A DNA stretch of 64,000 bases from NCBI GenBank assembly GCA_038087875.1, contig CM076001.1, positions 312,001-376,000 on the forward strand, read 5' to 3'. Position numbers and translations under genes: made by a program. The notes beneath the pieces are model-generated. The model searched no databases. It saw nothing but the letters and a program-made list of their open reading frames with translations, and was not told the DNA's origin. The stretch is from Malacoraja senta. Taxonomy: Eukaryota. Of the stretch, positions 25,040 to 37,029 are shown in pieces; within the stretch, counting starts at the first letter, position 1, and every line of letters starts with the position of its first letter.

Positions 25040-25982
25040 ATTCAGTGGGCCGAAGGGCCTGTTTGTGTGCTGTATCTCTAAAATAAAAAAATAAAAATAA
25101 AAGCAGCACGCCTTTGGAATGTGGGAGGAAACCAGAGCACCTGAAGGAATGCCATGTGGTCACAAGAAAAATGTGCAGTCTTCACACAGACAGCACCAGA
25201 GAAGAGGATTGAACCCGGGTCTCCGGTGCTGTGAGGCAGCAGCTCCACCACCTACATCACCGCATATTTTCTCCCTAATATCTTAATCATCATTAATATC
25301 CTCCAATCATATGGAAACATCCCAGTATCATTAGAATGTTAGATCAGGATAACCAGAGAAGGTGTTATCCCTAAAGACACTTCTTTCACATTTTTGGGGT
25401 TCAAATCATCAGATTTAGTCAGAGAGTGGTGAATCTGTGGAATTCTTTGCCACAGAAGGCTGTGCAGGCCAAATCAGTGGATATTTATAAGGCAGAGATA
25501 GATAGATTCTTGATTTGTACATGTGTTAGAGGTTACGGTGAAAAGGCAGGAGAATGTGGTAAGAAGGGAGAGATAGATCAGCCATATTTGAATGGCGGAG
25601 TAGACTTGAATGGTCTATTTCTACTATCACTTATGACCTATGATCTTTGCGATATTTAACTTTTCAGACTCATTAACCTCATATGATTTTTGTTTCTGGC
25701 ACTCATTTCTTTTACTCCTTCCTTTGCACTGGATTCTTGGTCCTCGTAATTCTGCAAGGATTTATCTGCCCTTCTGCAAAGTATTAGTTTAATTCCACTG
25801 CCATTTTCCTACACCCCATGACAAATCCTCTGCCGGGAGCCCACAATTGTGCTCAATGCTCTTCTTTTTATATAACTCTCTCTTTTTATGTTTCTAATAC
25901 TAAATACTGAAAATCTCCCAATCCTCAGGGTTACTCATTTCCTTCCAAATTTCTGAGCCTGTCCTTAGATATAACACTGTGT

Positions 25983-28900
25983 TATATTAAATAATCTTCT
26001 TAGATTGTAATATGAATACCGCTTCTGAATAAACCTGTTTGGTCAGGGTGTATTAGTTTATTCATCACTGTACTTAATCTGTGCGCTAAAATTGTTGTTA
26101 GTATTTTCTGATCTGTATTTAAAAGTGCAATTGCTCTATATGATCCTGGATCTTCCGGATCCTTATCAGCTTTAGGAATAAGTGTTATTATAGATTCATT
26201 TAAGGTATCTGGAAGTTTCTGTTGAGTATAAATATGTCCATACAGCATTTGTAAACGTGGAGAAAGCAAATCATAAATTTTTTAATAGAATTCAGAGCCT
26301 AAACCATCTGGTCCTACTGCTTTACCATTTTTTAAAGATCCAATAGACTCTTCAATATCTTTTATCGTAATCTCCGCTTCTAATAATTCTCTATCTTTTG
26401 AATCTAAGCCTTTTAAATTACATTTTTGTAAAAAATCTGCTATTCCTTCTGGTTGTACTACAGTTTTAGTTGAGTAAAGATTATGATAGTATTGGAGAAA
26501 TCTCTCGTTTATATCCTTGGGCAATTTTAATAATTCTCCTGTATCTGCTCTAATTTTATGAATTATTTTTCCCCCTCCATTTTTCATAGCTGACGTGCAA
26601 ATAGTTTTTGTGGTTTGTCTCCAAACTCAAAATGTAATTGTTTAGTATGTTGATAAAGTTTTATTATTAATATTAATGAAGATCTAGCAATAATCTCACT
26701 CGACGCTGAAAAAGCTTTTGATCAGGTGGAATGGCCCTATTTATTTTCGGTGATGGAAAAATTGCAGCTGGGCGAGAAATTTTGTGAATGGATAAAACTG
26801 TTATATACCAACCCTACGGCTAGAATATTAACAAACCAAAGGTTATCATCTAAATTTAACCTATCTAGAGGTTGTAGACAAGGATGCCCATTGTCTCCAT
26901 TATTATTTGCGCTTGTTATAGAGACACTCGCAGAAAGAATTAGGACCCATCCCGAAATATATGGGTATAACACAAAGGATACAGTGAATAAAATTTCTTT
27001 ATACGCAGATGATGTATTAATTTACATTACAAAACCAGAAATTAGTATTCCAAATTTATTAAAGCTAATAACCCAATTTGGTTCACTCTCAGGATACAGA
27101 ATAAATTGGAATAAAAGTGAAATTATGCCAATAAGGGAACATAATAAACATATAATACAACAATTTCCATTTAAAATAGTAAATGAAAAATTTAAATACC
27201 TAGGCATTTATGTTACTAAGACATAAGGCATTTATGTTACTAAGGGGAGGAGCCATCTTGAGGAACGGCTGCAAAACAGCAGCCGTCCGTTAATTGTACT
27301 TTTTTACTAAGTTTCTTTAGTTTTCTTTAAGTCTTTGTTTTTATTTATTTTGCCTTTAATGTGGGGGGATCAAGGGGAAACCACTTCCTGGTCCCTACCT
27401 GGTCGGTGAGGCAGCCTTCTCTCCGGCTGCCCATTCGACCCGTCCTCGCGGCCTACCAGCGGGCGTGGAGCGGCGTTTCCTGGCGGGAACCGCACAGCAC
27501 CCTCAGCTTCGGTGGCGGCACGGCGCTGGAGCGCTACTGTGCAGCGGAGCGGGCGATGCCTTGCCTGGGTCGCCGCGCTGGACCGACGCGCTGGAGCTCC
27601 GGTGAGCTGGACAGCCGAGCTCAACACCTCCGGGACTGGTGTGACCATTCGCGGGCGGCGGCGCCGACTCCAACACCGGGAGCCTTGAGCTCCAAGTCGG
27701 CGCGGCCTTGTCGGCTTCAGGTGCTGCGGACGCCTGCGGGAAATCGGCCGTTCCAGCCGTAGTTGCGGCCTCCGGTGAGGGTTGCGGCCGTTCCAGGTGG
27801 CCCAGCTGCTGGAGGACTCTCCCGACGCCGGGGCTACATCACCCGGCGAGAACGGCCAGGATCATCGGGCCTCCGTAGAGGCAATAGCGGGGGCTTCATT
27901 TGGCCTGACTTTTTTTGGGTGAACTGGGGCTGGGGACTGGACATTGTGCCTTCCCCCACAGTGGAAATCATTGTGGGGGGATGATTTTTGTATGTAATTG
28001 TTTGTAATTGTATTTGTTAGTCTGTGTTCAAGATGGCGGTCGGAGGGGGGAGTGGACGCTGGCGTTAAATTGCCGCTGCTCTCTCCTCAAGTTGTGCTTC
28101 TGATTTTCTTTTTTTTGTGTTTTTGGACGGAATTCTGTCCCTGATTTATGTATTGGTCTTTATAACCTATTTTTTTTTAATTCTGATTATATGTTTTCTA
28201 TAAATCTCTGTATGGTGTCCTTGAGGCGCCCGTAAATAAAATCCATTATTATTATTATTATTATATACATCATTATTTAAAGCAAACTTTCCCCCATTAC
28301 TGAATAAACTACATAAGAATATTCAGTATTGGAAAACACTTCCTATCTCAATGGTTGGCAAAATTAATGCCATAAAAATGATTTTCTTACCGCAAATATT
28401 ATACCTTTTTCAAACAATTCCGATATACTTGTCAAATTTTTTTTATAAAAAGTTAGATTCTATTGTCAGTGCCTTTATCTGGGATTATAAGAATCATAGG
28501 ATAAACAAAAACATCTGTGCAAATCAAAAATAAATGGAGGTTTGGTTTTACCAAACTTTTTGTTTCTTTTTTGGGCAGTTAACATTAAAAATATGAATTT
28601 TTGGTTGGAAGAAATAGATCAACAACCAGATTGGTTAACAATGGAAAAGGAAGATTGCTCACCTTTTGAAATCGGCTCGATACTATTTGCTACTTCTAAA
28701 TTAAATTAAAAAATTTATAGGGAAAATCCTATAATATATAGTACTATGCGAATTTGGAAACAATTAAAAAAGACATTAAAACTAGATAATTTATCACTTT
28801 TTCTTCCAATTGCGAATAACCGTTTGTTTAAGCCCTCATGGTTGGACAAAGGTTTCACACAATGGAAAAACTATGGAATTAAAAAGATGGGACAACTTTA

Positions 28901-30063
28901 TAAGGAAGGCACTTTTCTTTCATTTCAGGAGTTGCAACAGACTTATGGACTTCAAGTAAATGATTTTTTCAGATATCTTCAACTTAGAGATTACGTAAAA
29001 GAAAATACTCAAAATTTTAGAATTAGAAATTCAGAAATTTTTGACGACTGTTGGAATAAACATCCTAATACAGAAAAACTAATATCTTATATATATAATA
29101 TTTTATTAGACAGTGATATTCCATTGATGGACTTACACAGACAAACTTGGGAAAAAGAACTAAATCAAATAATAACGAAAGATACTTGGGAAGAAGGTTT
29201 ACAACACATACATCAATGTTCATTAAATGCCAGACATTCTCTAATACAATTCAAAGTAATACATAGGTTACATTATTCTAAAACAAAATTAAATAAAATC
29301 TTCCAACATATCTCACCAATATGTGATAAATGTCAACATTTAGAAGCTAACTTATCTCATATGTTTGCAAGTTGCTTAAAAATTAAAAATTTCTGGGTAA
29401 ATATTTTCACAATAATATCTAAAGTGACTAGCATTCAATTGGACCCAGATCCAAAATTAATGGATCCAACATTAGAACTAAATCAAACATTTACATCAAC
29501 TCAAAGAAACTTTATTGATTATAGTATAATAACTGGGAAAAAATTAATTCTAAAATTTTGGAAAGGCCCTATAACCCCCACAATCAAAATGTGGATTATA
29601 GAAATGACGGAGACCTTACACTTGGAAAGAATTAGACTTGTCCTGTTGGACAAACAGGAACTATTCGTCGGAACATGGTCTCCCTTTATTGACTATTTAA
29701 AGGGTCAGAATGGTTCAGCACGAGAACCTGACTAACACCCGTGCCAAGGAATAGATGAAATGTTATACTCTGAAATGTACGAAGATATCTCGAATTAAGT
29801 TTTTTATCGTAGTAAATTATTCCATTCTTCTTTATTATCTTTTTTTTTTTTTGTTTTGTTTTTTCTTCTCTTTTTCGCTTTCTTTCCTTATTTCATCTAT
29901 CTTTTTAGTTCTATTTAGTTAAAAAAAAAAAAAAAAAGTATTGGAGACATTGTAATAATAATGGACGATATTAGTAATTTAAAAATGTAAGACTGGTATC
30001 GATTTTAATATGATATGTATCTACCTCCAATAAAAAATAATTTCAAAAAAAAAACAAAAAAAA
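25983..30063 (+). mobile_element. L1/Tx1-clade LINE, 5'-truncated with 5' inversion
   Basis: Minus segment 25983-~26670 (GKAVGPDG, YRAIALLNTDQKIL, HPDQTG). Plus segment from ~26670 (SLDAEKAFDQVEW, RQGCPLSP, LYADD, C-terminal CDKC...HMFASC). AATAAA plus poly(A) at 30029-30063. TSD AGATATAACA(C/T)TGTGT at 25967-25982 and 30064-30079. Confidence 0.93.
27245..28263 (+). mobile_element. ~1 kb non-autonomous L2-tailed retroelement, copy 2 (inside L1 ORF2)
   Basis: Starts GGGAGGAGCCATCTTG like copy 1 and ends GAGGCGCCCGTAAATAAAA...(ATT)n. Removing it restores L1 YVTKT-YTSLFKANF. Confidence 0.8.
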
Positions 30064-30094
30064 AGATATAACATTGTGTAAGAAGGAACCGAAC

Positions 30095-30241
30095 ATAGAC
30101 ACAAAAAGCTGGAGTAACTCAGCATGGCAGGCAGCATCTCTGGAGAGAAGGAATGGGTGACGTTTCACTGAAATGTCACCCATTCCTTCTCTCCAGAAAC
30201 GCTGCCTGTCCTGCTGAGTTACTCCAGCTTTTTGTGTCTAT
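30095..30241. repeat. Fold-back (head-to-head) Penelope pLTR derivative
   Basis: Near-perfect ~147-bp palindrome ATAGACACAAAAAGCTGGAGTAACTCAGC...GACGTTTCA|CTGAAATGTC...GCTGAGTTACTCCAGCTTTTTGTGTCTAT. Confidence 0.85.
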
Positions 30242-31189
30242 CCTAGATATAACACTCATTAATTTCTTCTCCAATCCATGGTAGGACCACCTTTCTTGCT
30301 GCGACTTTGTGCCTAAATCAATATATATTTGATGCAAATGTTATAGTTTCTCTTTAAATGTTGACCATTGCCTCTTCATTGCCATTCTTTTAAGAAAGGT
30401 TCCCAGCCTACTACAGCTAGCCTGCCTCTCATGCATTCATCATTTATCTTTTAATTAAAAACCTAGTTTCAGATTAAACTAAATCACTCATGAACTTAAC
30501 ATGAAATTCTATCATATTATGCTCACTCTTTCCTGAGCGCTGCTTCCATTTAATTTATGCATTACTCCTTTAATTATGACCCTTCAATATTTTCCTGCAC
30601 TCTGACCCTGTTTGTTTCTTGCCTTTGTTTCTTCTACCTATTGATTTTGCTTACTATATTTCTAATTTCTATTTCCCACTTAATTTTCTTCCATCTTGGT
30701 TCCCCTTTCAGGTTCCTCCCCCACTGCCAAGTTAGTATAAAACCTCCCCCAAATCCTTGCAGGGTGACTATTAGTGATGTTGTTCCGGTAGGTTTAAGTG
30801 TAACCTGTTGACTTCACAAGTCTCACATTCCCTAGAAATGGTGCCAAAGTCTCAAAACCCCTGTCCTGCACAATCATTCCAACCGTGCTTTCACTTGCTC
30901 TATTGTCTTGTGTCTGTACTTGGTAACATGACGCTGCTAGTAGTCTTGAGATCAATGTCTTTGGGTCGGTAAACTTTCTAACTGACACAGTTGCCGTCAC
31001 TTCACTGAAGTTCTCCTCTCTCACCAAACTCTCCACTCTGAGGATGGCTGTGCTCGAGTAGCTTAAAAAATGAAACCAGTAATTTAATGACAAGGCCCGC
31101 TCAGACTGAACGAATACTGATGCTGACTATCTTGTTCAAATTTCTCTGCTAACTTTCCTGTTGCATGAACCGGCCTAGAATATAAGAGG

Positions 31190-31700
31190 TGGGACATTAC
31201 GTTGTACCTTGAAAGAAACACTGGTTAGACTGCACCTGTGTGCAGATCTGGTCACCGTACTGCAAGAAGGATATGATTGTGGTGGAGAGAGTGCAAGGGA
31301 AATTCATCCGTATGTTGCATGGATTGCTGAGTTTAGTTATGGGGAGAGATTGCATAGGCTGGCTCTGGTATCCCTGAAACAAACAAGGCTGAGGTGTGAC
31401 CTGAAGGAATTAGATAAGATTATGGGAGGCTTAGATCTTTTTGCCTTGGAAATGGGATCAAAGAAAAGAGGCTTCCGTTTAATGGAAGGCAAGAACTTGT
31501 AATGAGACCTGGGGGATAAGAGGGAAGATGTGGTGCTGGTCGTGATGGTGGAAACACTATGTTTAAGATGAATTTAGATAGATTCTCAGAGGCATGGCAA
31601 AGAACGACTAGGTCTTAAGGCAGCCAAATGGGATTAGTATAGGTTGGCAAAGTGATATGCATGGGCATAGTAGGCTGAAGTACCCATTTCTGTGCTGTAC
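31190..31700 (+). mobile_element. Old CR1 3' fragment
   Basis: Decayed LVRLHL and SYGERLHRL-like peptides plus a CR1-type tail. Confidence 0.65.
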
Positions 31701-31709
31701 ACTCCATAA

Positions 31710-32517
31710 TGGGCCTGTCCCACTTAGGCAATTTTTCAGCGGAACTCCAGCGACTGTCAAGTTGCCGGCAGTCGCCTGAAAAACCGGGGACTGGAACGGC
31801 GACTGTCAGAGTGGAACACACACACAAACACAAACACATCGCTTCCTTCACCACCCCGTGTGAATTTTTTAGACAGCGCTCCCCCCGCTTGCCCTGTCTA
31901 AAAAATTCACACGGTGCAAAGCCAAGGTGATGCAGACACACACCGCGATGAACAGGAAGGTTGGCGCTGTAAAAAGTCGGCTAAAGCACAGTGTACGGTA
32001 AGTCTTTTAAAAGAGGGGGGAGAGAAGGGGGAGAAGGGGGAGAAGGGGGGAGAAGGAGTGGAGACAACTTTTAAGAACCCAGAGATACACGGCTGTGAAG
32101 CTCGGCGGACATTTAACATTACCGGTCAGTTATCCTTGGTTCTAAAAACTACTGCTTACCTTATTATTTCTCAGTGAGCCAATGAAATTCACTGGTCAGC
32201 ACCGGCTACAATCTACGAGAACCTCCGAGAACCTTCGACCTCCTGGCAACCTACTAAGACCACCCGGCGACCCACCTACGGCTCGAGAATTCTTGCTACT
32301 CTCCATGGCGGGATCATTCTAGTCGCCGCTATTTTTTCAACATGTTGGAAAATTCACGGCGACCATAATGAGGCCGTGACTAGTTCCCAGAATGTGGGAA
32401 CTCCTCACGACCATGAAGGTGACTCCCCCGCAACCACCCGCAAACATGTGATGACCTTGTGGCGACTGCAAAGTCTCCTGCAGTCGCTTAAAAAGTTGCC
32501 TAAGTGGGACAGGCTCA
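31710..32517. mobile_element. Harbinger/PIF-type MITE (inverted sister of 19722-20468)
   Basis: TGGGCCTGTCCCACTTAGG...CCTAAGTGGGACAGGCTCA with TSD TAA (31707-31709, 32518-32520). Confidence 0.88.
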
Positions 32518-32859
32518 TAACTCTATCTATGCCTCTATGACTACACAACTTGATTCAGAATTCTGAACAAAATCATTTCTGAAGTTTGCAAGGCAGTGAG
32601 AATGACCTTTAGTACTGATGAATTCCTGATTTTCCAGCCCGCCCAGTTGCTGCCCGAGCACTAATTTTTATCTGCATTTTTTCTGTAGCTGTAACGCTGT
32701 ATTGTGCATTCTGTTTCTTCCTTTGATATACTGATAAATGGTATACACTTCCTGGATAACTCACAAAACAAAGGTTTTCATTGTGTCTCAGTACACGTGG
32801 CAATAATAAACCAATGCCAGTACCACTTCCTGTGACCTTTATCATCAATAGGAACAAGA

Positions 32860-33987
32860 GCAGCAATGTCCAATATAGACTGGGACCGCCATCAAGCGCT
32901 TAGATGGTGTGGAATTTGTCAAACGCATTCAGGAAAGTTCTTTAGGCAATATGTAGAGGGCTCTACAAGGCAGAGTTCAAAGCCTAACCTTCTCTTATGA
33001 AATTGGTAAGGGCAGGTGGGCGACCAGCGACTACAGTTCTATTAACTTTAAAGTCGTTGTGGATAAAGTCAGGGCAGGCCCACAAATTAAAGTTCTGAAT
33101 TGAGGCAAGGCCAACTTTGATGGTATTAGACTAGAACTTGCTAGTTGATTGGAGTAGGATGCATGCAGGCAAAGGGATAATTGGAAAGTGGGATTGGTTA
33201 AATGAGTAATGGTGTGAATTCAAGGCATGCGTGTTCCTGTTAGAGTGAAGGGCAAGGCAGCTGCGAGTAAGGAACCCTGGGTGATGAGAGAAATCGAGGC
33301 TCTGGCCAGGAAAAAGAAGAAGGCATAGGCTAGCAAAACGCAGCTGAGATCAAGTGTATCCCTGTATATTAGTGGACTGAGTCGCACATTAGAGAAGGAA
33401 AGTTTACCCTAGAGAAAGATGGTAAAAGGGAGGCAGACGAAAGCTCTGGCAAATAATATATGTACATAAATGGAATGAGGGTAACTAGAGAGAGAAACCA
33501 AAGAGCTCCTTTCTGTGTGGAAATTACCCAAGTCTTCAATGAGTATTGCTTCTCTGCTTCTCTGTTTTTACCATGGAGAAAAATAAGAAGGTTAAGGAAC
33601 TTAGGACAGTTAATGGAGATGTCTTGAGGACATCCATATTACAGTTAAGGAGGTACTGGACGCTCAAAGTTAGTTAAATCTTCCAGGCCTGATCAGATGT
33701 CTATAAGGGTGCTGTGGAAAGAAAGTGAAAACATTGCGGGATCCCTGGTTGAGATACTGTATATTAATCATTATTAGATGGTGAGGTGCCGGATGACTGG
33801 AGGGTGGCTAATGTGCCTTTATTTATAAAGGGCTGCAAGGAAAAGCCTGAGAACTATAGACCAGTGAGCCTGATATCTATGGTCGACAAGTTACTGGAGA
33901 GGCTTACTGGAGATATATAATCCATTTGGATAGACGGGCTGATTATGGATAATCAGCATGTTTTTGCATGTGGGAGATTGTATCTGA
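32860..33987 (+). mobile_element. Old CR1 ORF2 fragment
   Basis: Decayed collinearity with 22540-23770, including VPDDWRVAN and NYRPVSL motifs at ~33785-33875. Confidence 0.7.
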
Positions 33988-34089
33988 TGTGGGGGAGGGG
34001 GTGGGTGGGTGTTGGGGAGGGGGTTGGTGGGTGTGGGGGAGGAGGGTGCGTGGGGGAGGGAGTGTGGGGGGAGGGGGTCCCTCTTGAGC

Positions 34090-35135
34090 CCAGTGGAGGG
34101 AGAGCGAGCATCAATTATATAGACTCAGCCCACGTAATGGACGCTCGTTCTCCCTCCACGTTAGCTAGCTCCAGCAAAAAAATTCCAGCGGCTGCAAAAA
34201 TGGAATATGTTATATCTACCCTTAAAAAAATTCTCAAAATTGGACATTCAATCAAAAGTCGACTTTCGAAGTAAACAGCCAATCAGAGATGAGAGGTAAA
34301 GAATGTTTGATAACATTCTGGACAATATCAGTGTGCAAATGAAAGCTAGGTTTGATCATTTCGGTGAACTAACTTTCCATGGTTTGGTCGATTGCACGAA
34401 ATTTTATGAAATGTCACAACATTGCAATGACACCAAACTGCAGAACCTATCAAAATATGCAAGGTACTTTGACTTTGTTAGACTAAAGGCTGATCTTATC
34501 GGATTGTATAGTTTACAAAGGATGAGGAACGAATGCAAATCACCCAGCCAGCTCCTCAGCTTTTTGGCCCAGAATGATCTGATGCAGATGGTTCCTGAGG
34601 CGACAAAGTTACACCAGCTGGTGCTCACTATACCAGCTACAACAGCATCCGTTAAAAGGTCGTTCTCTGCTTTGAAATAACTCAAAACATACAGTCGGAA
34701 TCGGACTGACCAAGGACGACTTTCATCCCTGGCAATCATCTCTATTGAGATGGTTTTTAAATCTAAAAGAAAATAAAGAGGACTTTGGCAACAAATCACT
34801 GACTTCTTTGTCCAGAAGGATAGGCAAATGGACTTCATTTACAAGTAAAGGTAAGACCATGCAATATTTAATTTCATTTGTGTTGAATGAGTATGAATAG
34901 TGGAACTGCATTTGCCAATAAAACGTGAATCAAATACGTAACTTACCCGTATGCATGCGTTGTAAAGAATGCTGATATGAAATATGAAACATATGGTCGC
35001 CTAACCAATAGTCATTGGGCAATCTGCCAATTGAATGGTGAATTTAAGTTACCTCTATTGGATTCATATGTGTGTAAATCTGGCTCTGATACTAGCCAGT
35101 GCCTCCCCAGCCATTGACCTCACCGCACGTCACTG
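34090..35135 (+). mobile_element. hAT transposon remnant (C-terminal dimerisation domain)
   Basis: LTIPATTASVKRSFSALK*LKTYSRNRTDQGRLSSLAIISIE at ~34620-34750. Right end CGCACGTCACTG (CAG-type hAT terminus). Confidence 0.82.
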
Positions 35136-36060
35136 GTGTGGGGGGGGGTGTGGGGGCGTGGGATGGTGTGGGGGGGGGGGTTGGTGGGGGGCGATGGTGT
35201 GGGGGGGCGAGGGTGGTGTGGGGTAGGGGTGGTGTGGGGGGAGAGGGTCGTGTGGGGGAGAGGGGTTGATATGGGGGAGAGGGTGGTGTGGGGGGAGGCG
35301 GAGGTGTGGGGGGAAGAGGGTGGTGTGGGGGGAGGGGTGGTGTGGGGGGAGGGGTGGTGTTGGGGAGGGGTGTTGTGGGGGGAGATGTGGTGTGGGGGGA
35401 GGGACTGATGTGGGGGGAAGGTATGGGGGGTGGTGTGGGGGTGGTGTGGGGGGGAGGGGTGGTGTGGGGGGGAGGGGTGGTGTGGGGGGAGGGTGGTGTG
35501 GGGGGGAGGGGTGGTGTGGGGGGAGGGTGTGGTGTGAGGGGGGGGTGGTGTGGGGGGAGGAAGTGGTGTGGGGGGAGGGGCTGGTGTAGGGAGGGGTGGT
35601 GGTGGGGGGTGGGGTGGTATGGGGGAGGGGTAGTTGGTTTGGGGGGAGTGGTGGTGTGGGGGGGAGGGGGTGGTGGGGGGAGGGGTGGTGTTGACGGGAG
35701 GGTGGTGTGGGGGCTGGGGTGGTGAGGCGGTCTGGGGGGTGGTGTGGGGTGTAGGGTAGTGTGGGGTGGGGTGGTGTGGGGGGTGGGTGGTGGTGGGGGT
35801 TGGGTTGTTGGTGGGGGGTGGTGTGGTGGGTTGGTGGTGTGGGGGGGTGCGGTGGTGTGGGGTGGTTGGTGTGGGAGTGGTGGGGTGGTTGGTGTGGGAG
35901 TGGTGGGGTGGAGAAGGGAAGGGGAGAACGGGGGAGGGGTAAAGGGGAGGTGTGGGGGGAAGGGGGGAGGAGAAGAGGTGTGTGTGGGGAGGAGGGGAGG
36001 GGGGAACGCGGTGTGTGGGGGAGGGGGGAGGGTGTGGGGAGAAGGGTGTGCGTGGGGGTG
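35136..36060. repeat. G/T-rich minisatellite (GGTGGTGTGGGGGGAGG-like)
   Basis: Dense G-runs. This tract is the source of the spurious Pro/His/Thr- and Gly-rich ORFs. Confidence 0.9.
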
Positions 36061-36124
36061 AGGGACTCCACTCAGCGGCCAACGGCCACGGCACCACACA
36101 GCACCTCCCGACTCCACACACCGG

Positions 36125-36465
36125 CTTCTTCTTTTTATGTTTGAGGCAGCAGAGGTTATGTAACGCCCTCCAGCCTCTGTAGCCAGTTCAATGCCCTGTT
36201 GTCGAGGGCCGTGAGGTCTACCCCTCCACCAGTTGAAAATGCCGTGCTGCGCTGTTGCTGGTCTGCTCCAAACATGCAGGCTGCTGATGAATGCAACCCC
36301 CAGTGATGCATGTTGGCATTGAACCAGCCGTCTCCTGTATGTAGCCGGTTCAGGGCGGCCCACTCTTTGCGGGGCAGGTCCGAGCCGGGGGGGGCTGTGG
36401 TGTTCGGTGCAACAGTGAATTGAGGAGGTCACGAAATCTGTTCCCAGCTGGTTCTCCATGCTACT
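36125..36465 (-). mobile_element. Ingi/Vingi-like non-LTR retrotransposon 3' end
   Basis: Reverse frame reads PGSDLPRKEWAALNRLHTGDGWFNANMHHWGL...LNWLQRLEGVT*, followed by an AAAAAGAAGAAG tail. Confidence 0.65.
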
Positions 36466-36497
36466 AGTGGCTCACAGCGGCTTACCCAACTGCAAAA

Positions 36498-36693
36498 AGC
36501 GGCTTACCTGACTCCACACAGCGGCTTACCTGACTCCACACAGCGGCTTACCTGACTCCACACAGTGGCTTACCTGACTCCACACAGCGGCTTACCTTAC
36601 TCCACACAGTGGCTTACCTGACTCCACACAGTGGGTTACCCGACTCCACACAGCGCTTTCCTGATTCCACACATTGGCTTTCCTGACTCAGCA
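36498..36693. repeat. 22-bp tandem repeat, ~9 copies
   Basis: Unit AGCGGCTTACCTGACTCCACAC, contiguous, degenerating toward the right. Confidence 0.92.
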
Positions 36694-37029
36694 TGGCTTG
36701 TGGACTCAGCTCCGCCTCCGGGACTTTATTCTCTAGCAGGTGCCGGAAGGAGCATTACCTTCATGGTGACTAACAGGCGAGAAAACCAATATGCTAATCT
36801 CACGATATTTTAAACCTTCATAACTTTTGTAATATTCCACCGATCGGAACAAAACTTGGTGCGCTTGGTGTAGAGAACGGTGAGTAAGGTGGCAAAAATT
36901 CCCAGCAATATATGATACAGTTTTTGTGCAAATTAAAGAAAAAAGCAAACCGGAAGTGGTCAAGATGAGAGTTTTAGTAATAGTATAGAATATGATAGAT
37001 AAATAGAAATAGAAGATAGATAGATAGAT

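Larger units (their letters stand above)
33988..36990 (-). mobile_element. Helitron-like non-autonomous element (relative of 8655-9745), expanded and interrupted
   Basis: Reverse complement of 36780-36990 (TCTATACTATTACTAAAACTCTCATCTTG...TTCCGGTTTGC...GCCACCTTACTCACC) matches the 5' end at 8655-8830. The G-rich tract mirrors that element's C-rich tract. The 3' CTAG end was not found, so the left boundary is uncertain. Confidence 0.6.

Noticed and set aside
35092..36459. 455-aa and 333-aa Pro/His/Thr-rich (extensin-like) ORFs and their Gly-rich antisense ORFs
   Set aside because: Several frames on both strands are open because the G/T minisatellite lacks stop codons. The non-repetitive part is an off-frame reading of a LINE fragment.
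36498..36693. Possible CRISPR array (22-bp repeats)
   Set aside because: The repeats are contiguous with no unique spacers, no cas genes are present, and the context is vertebrate.
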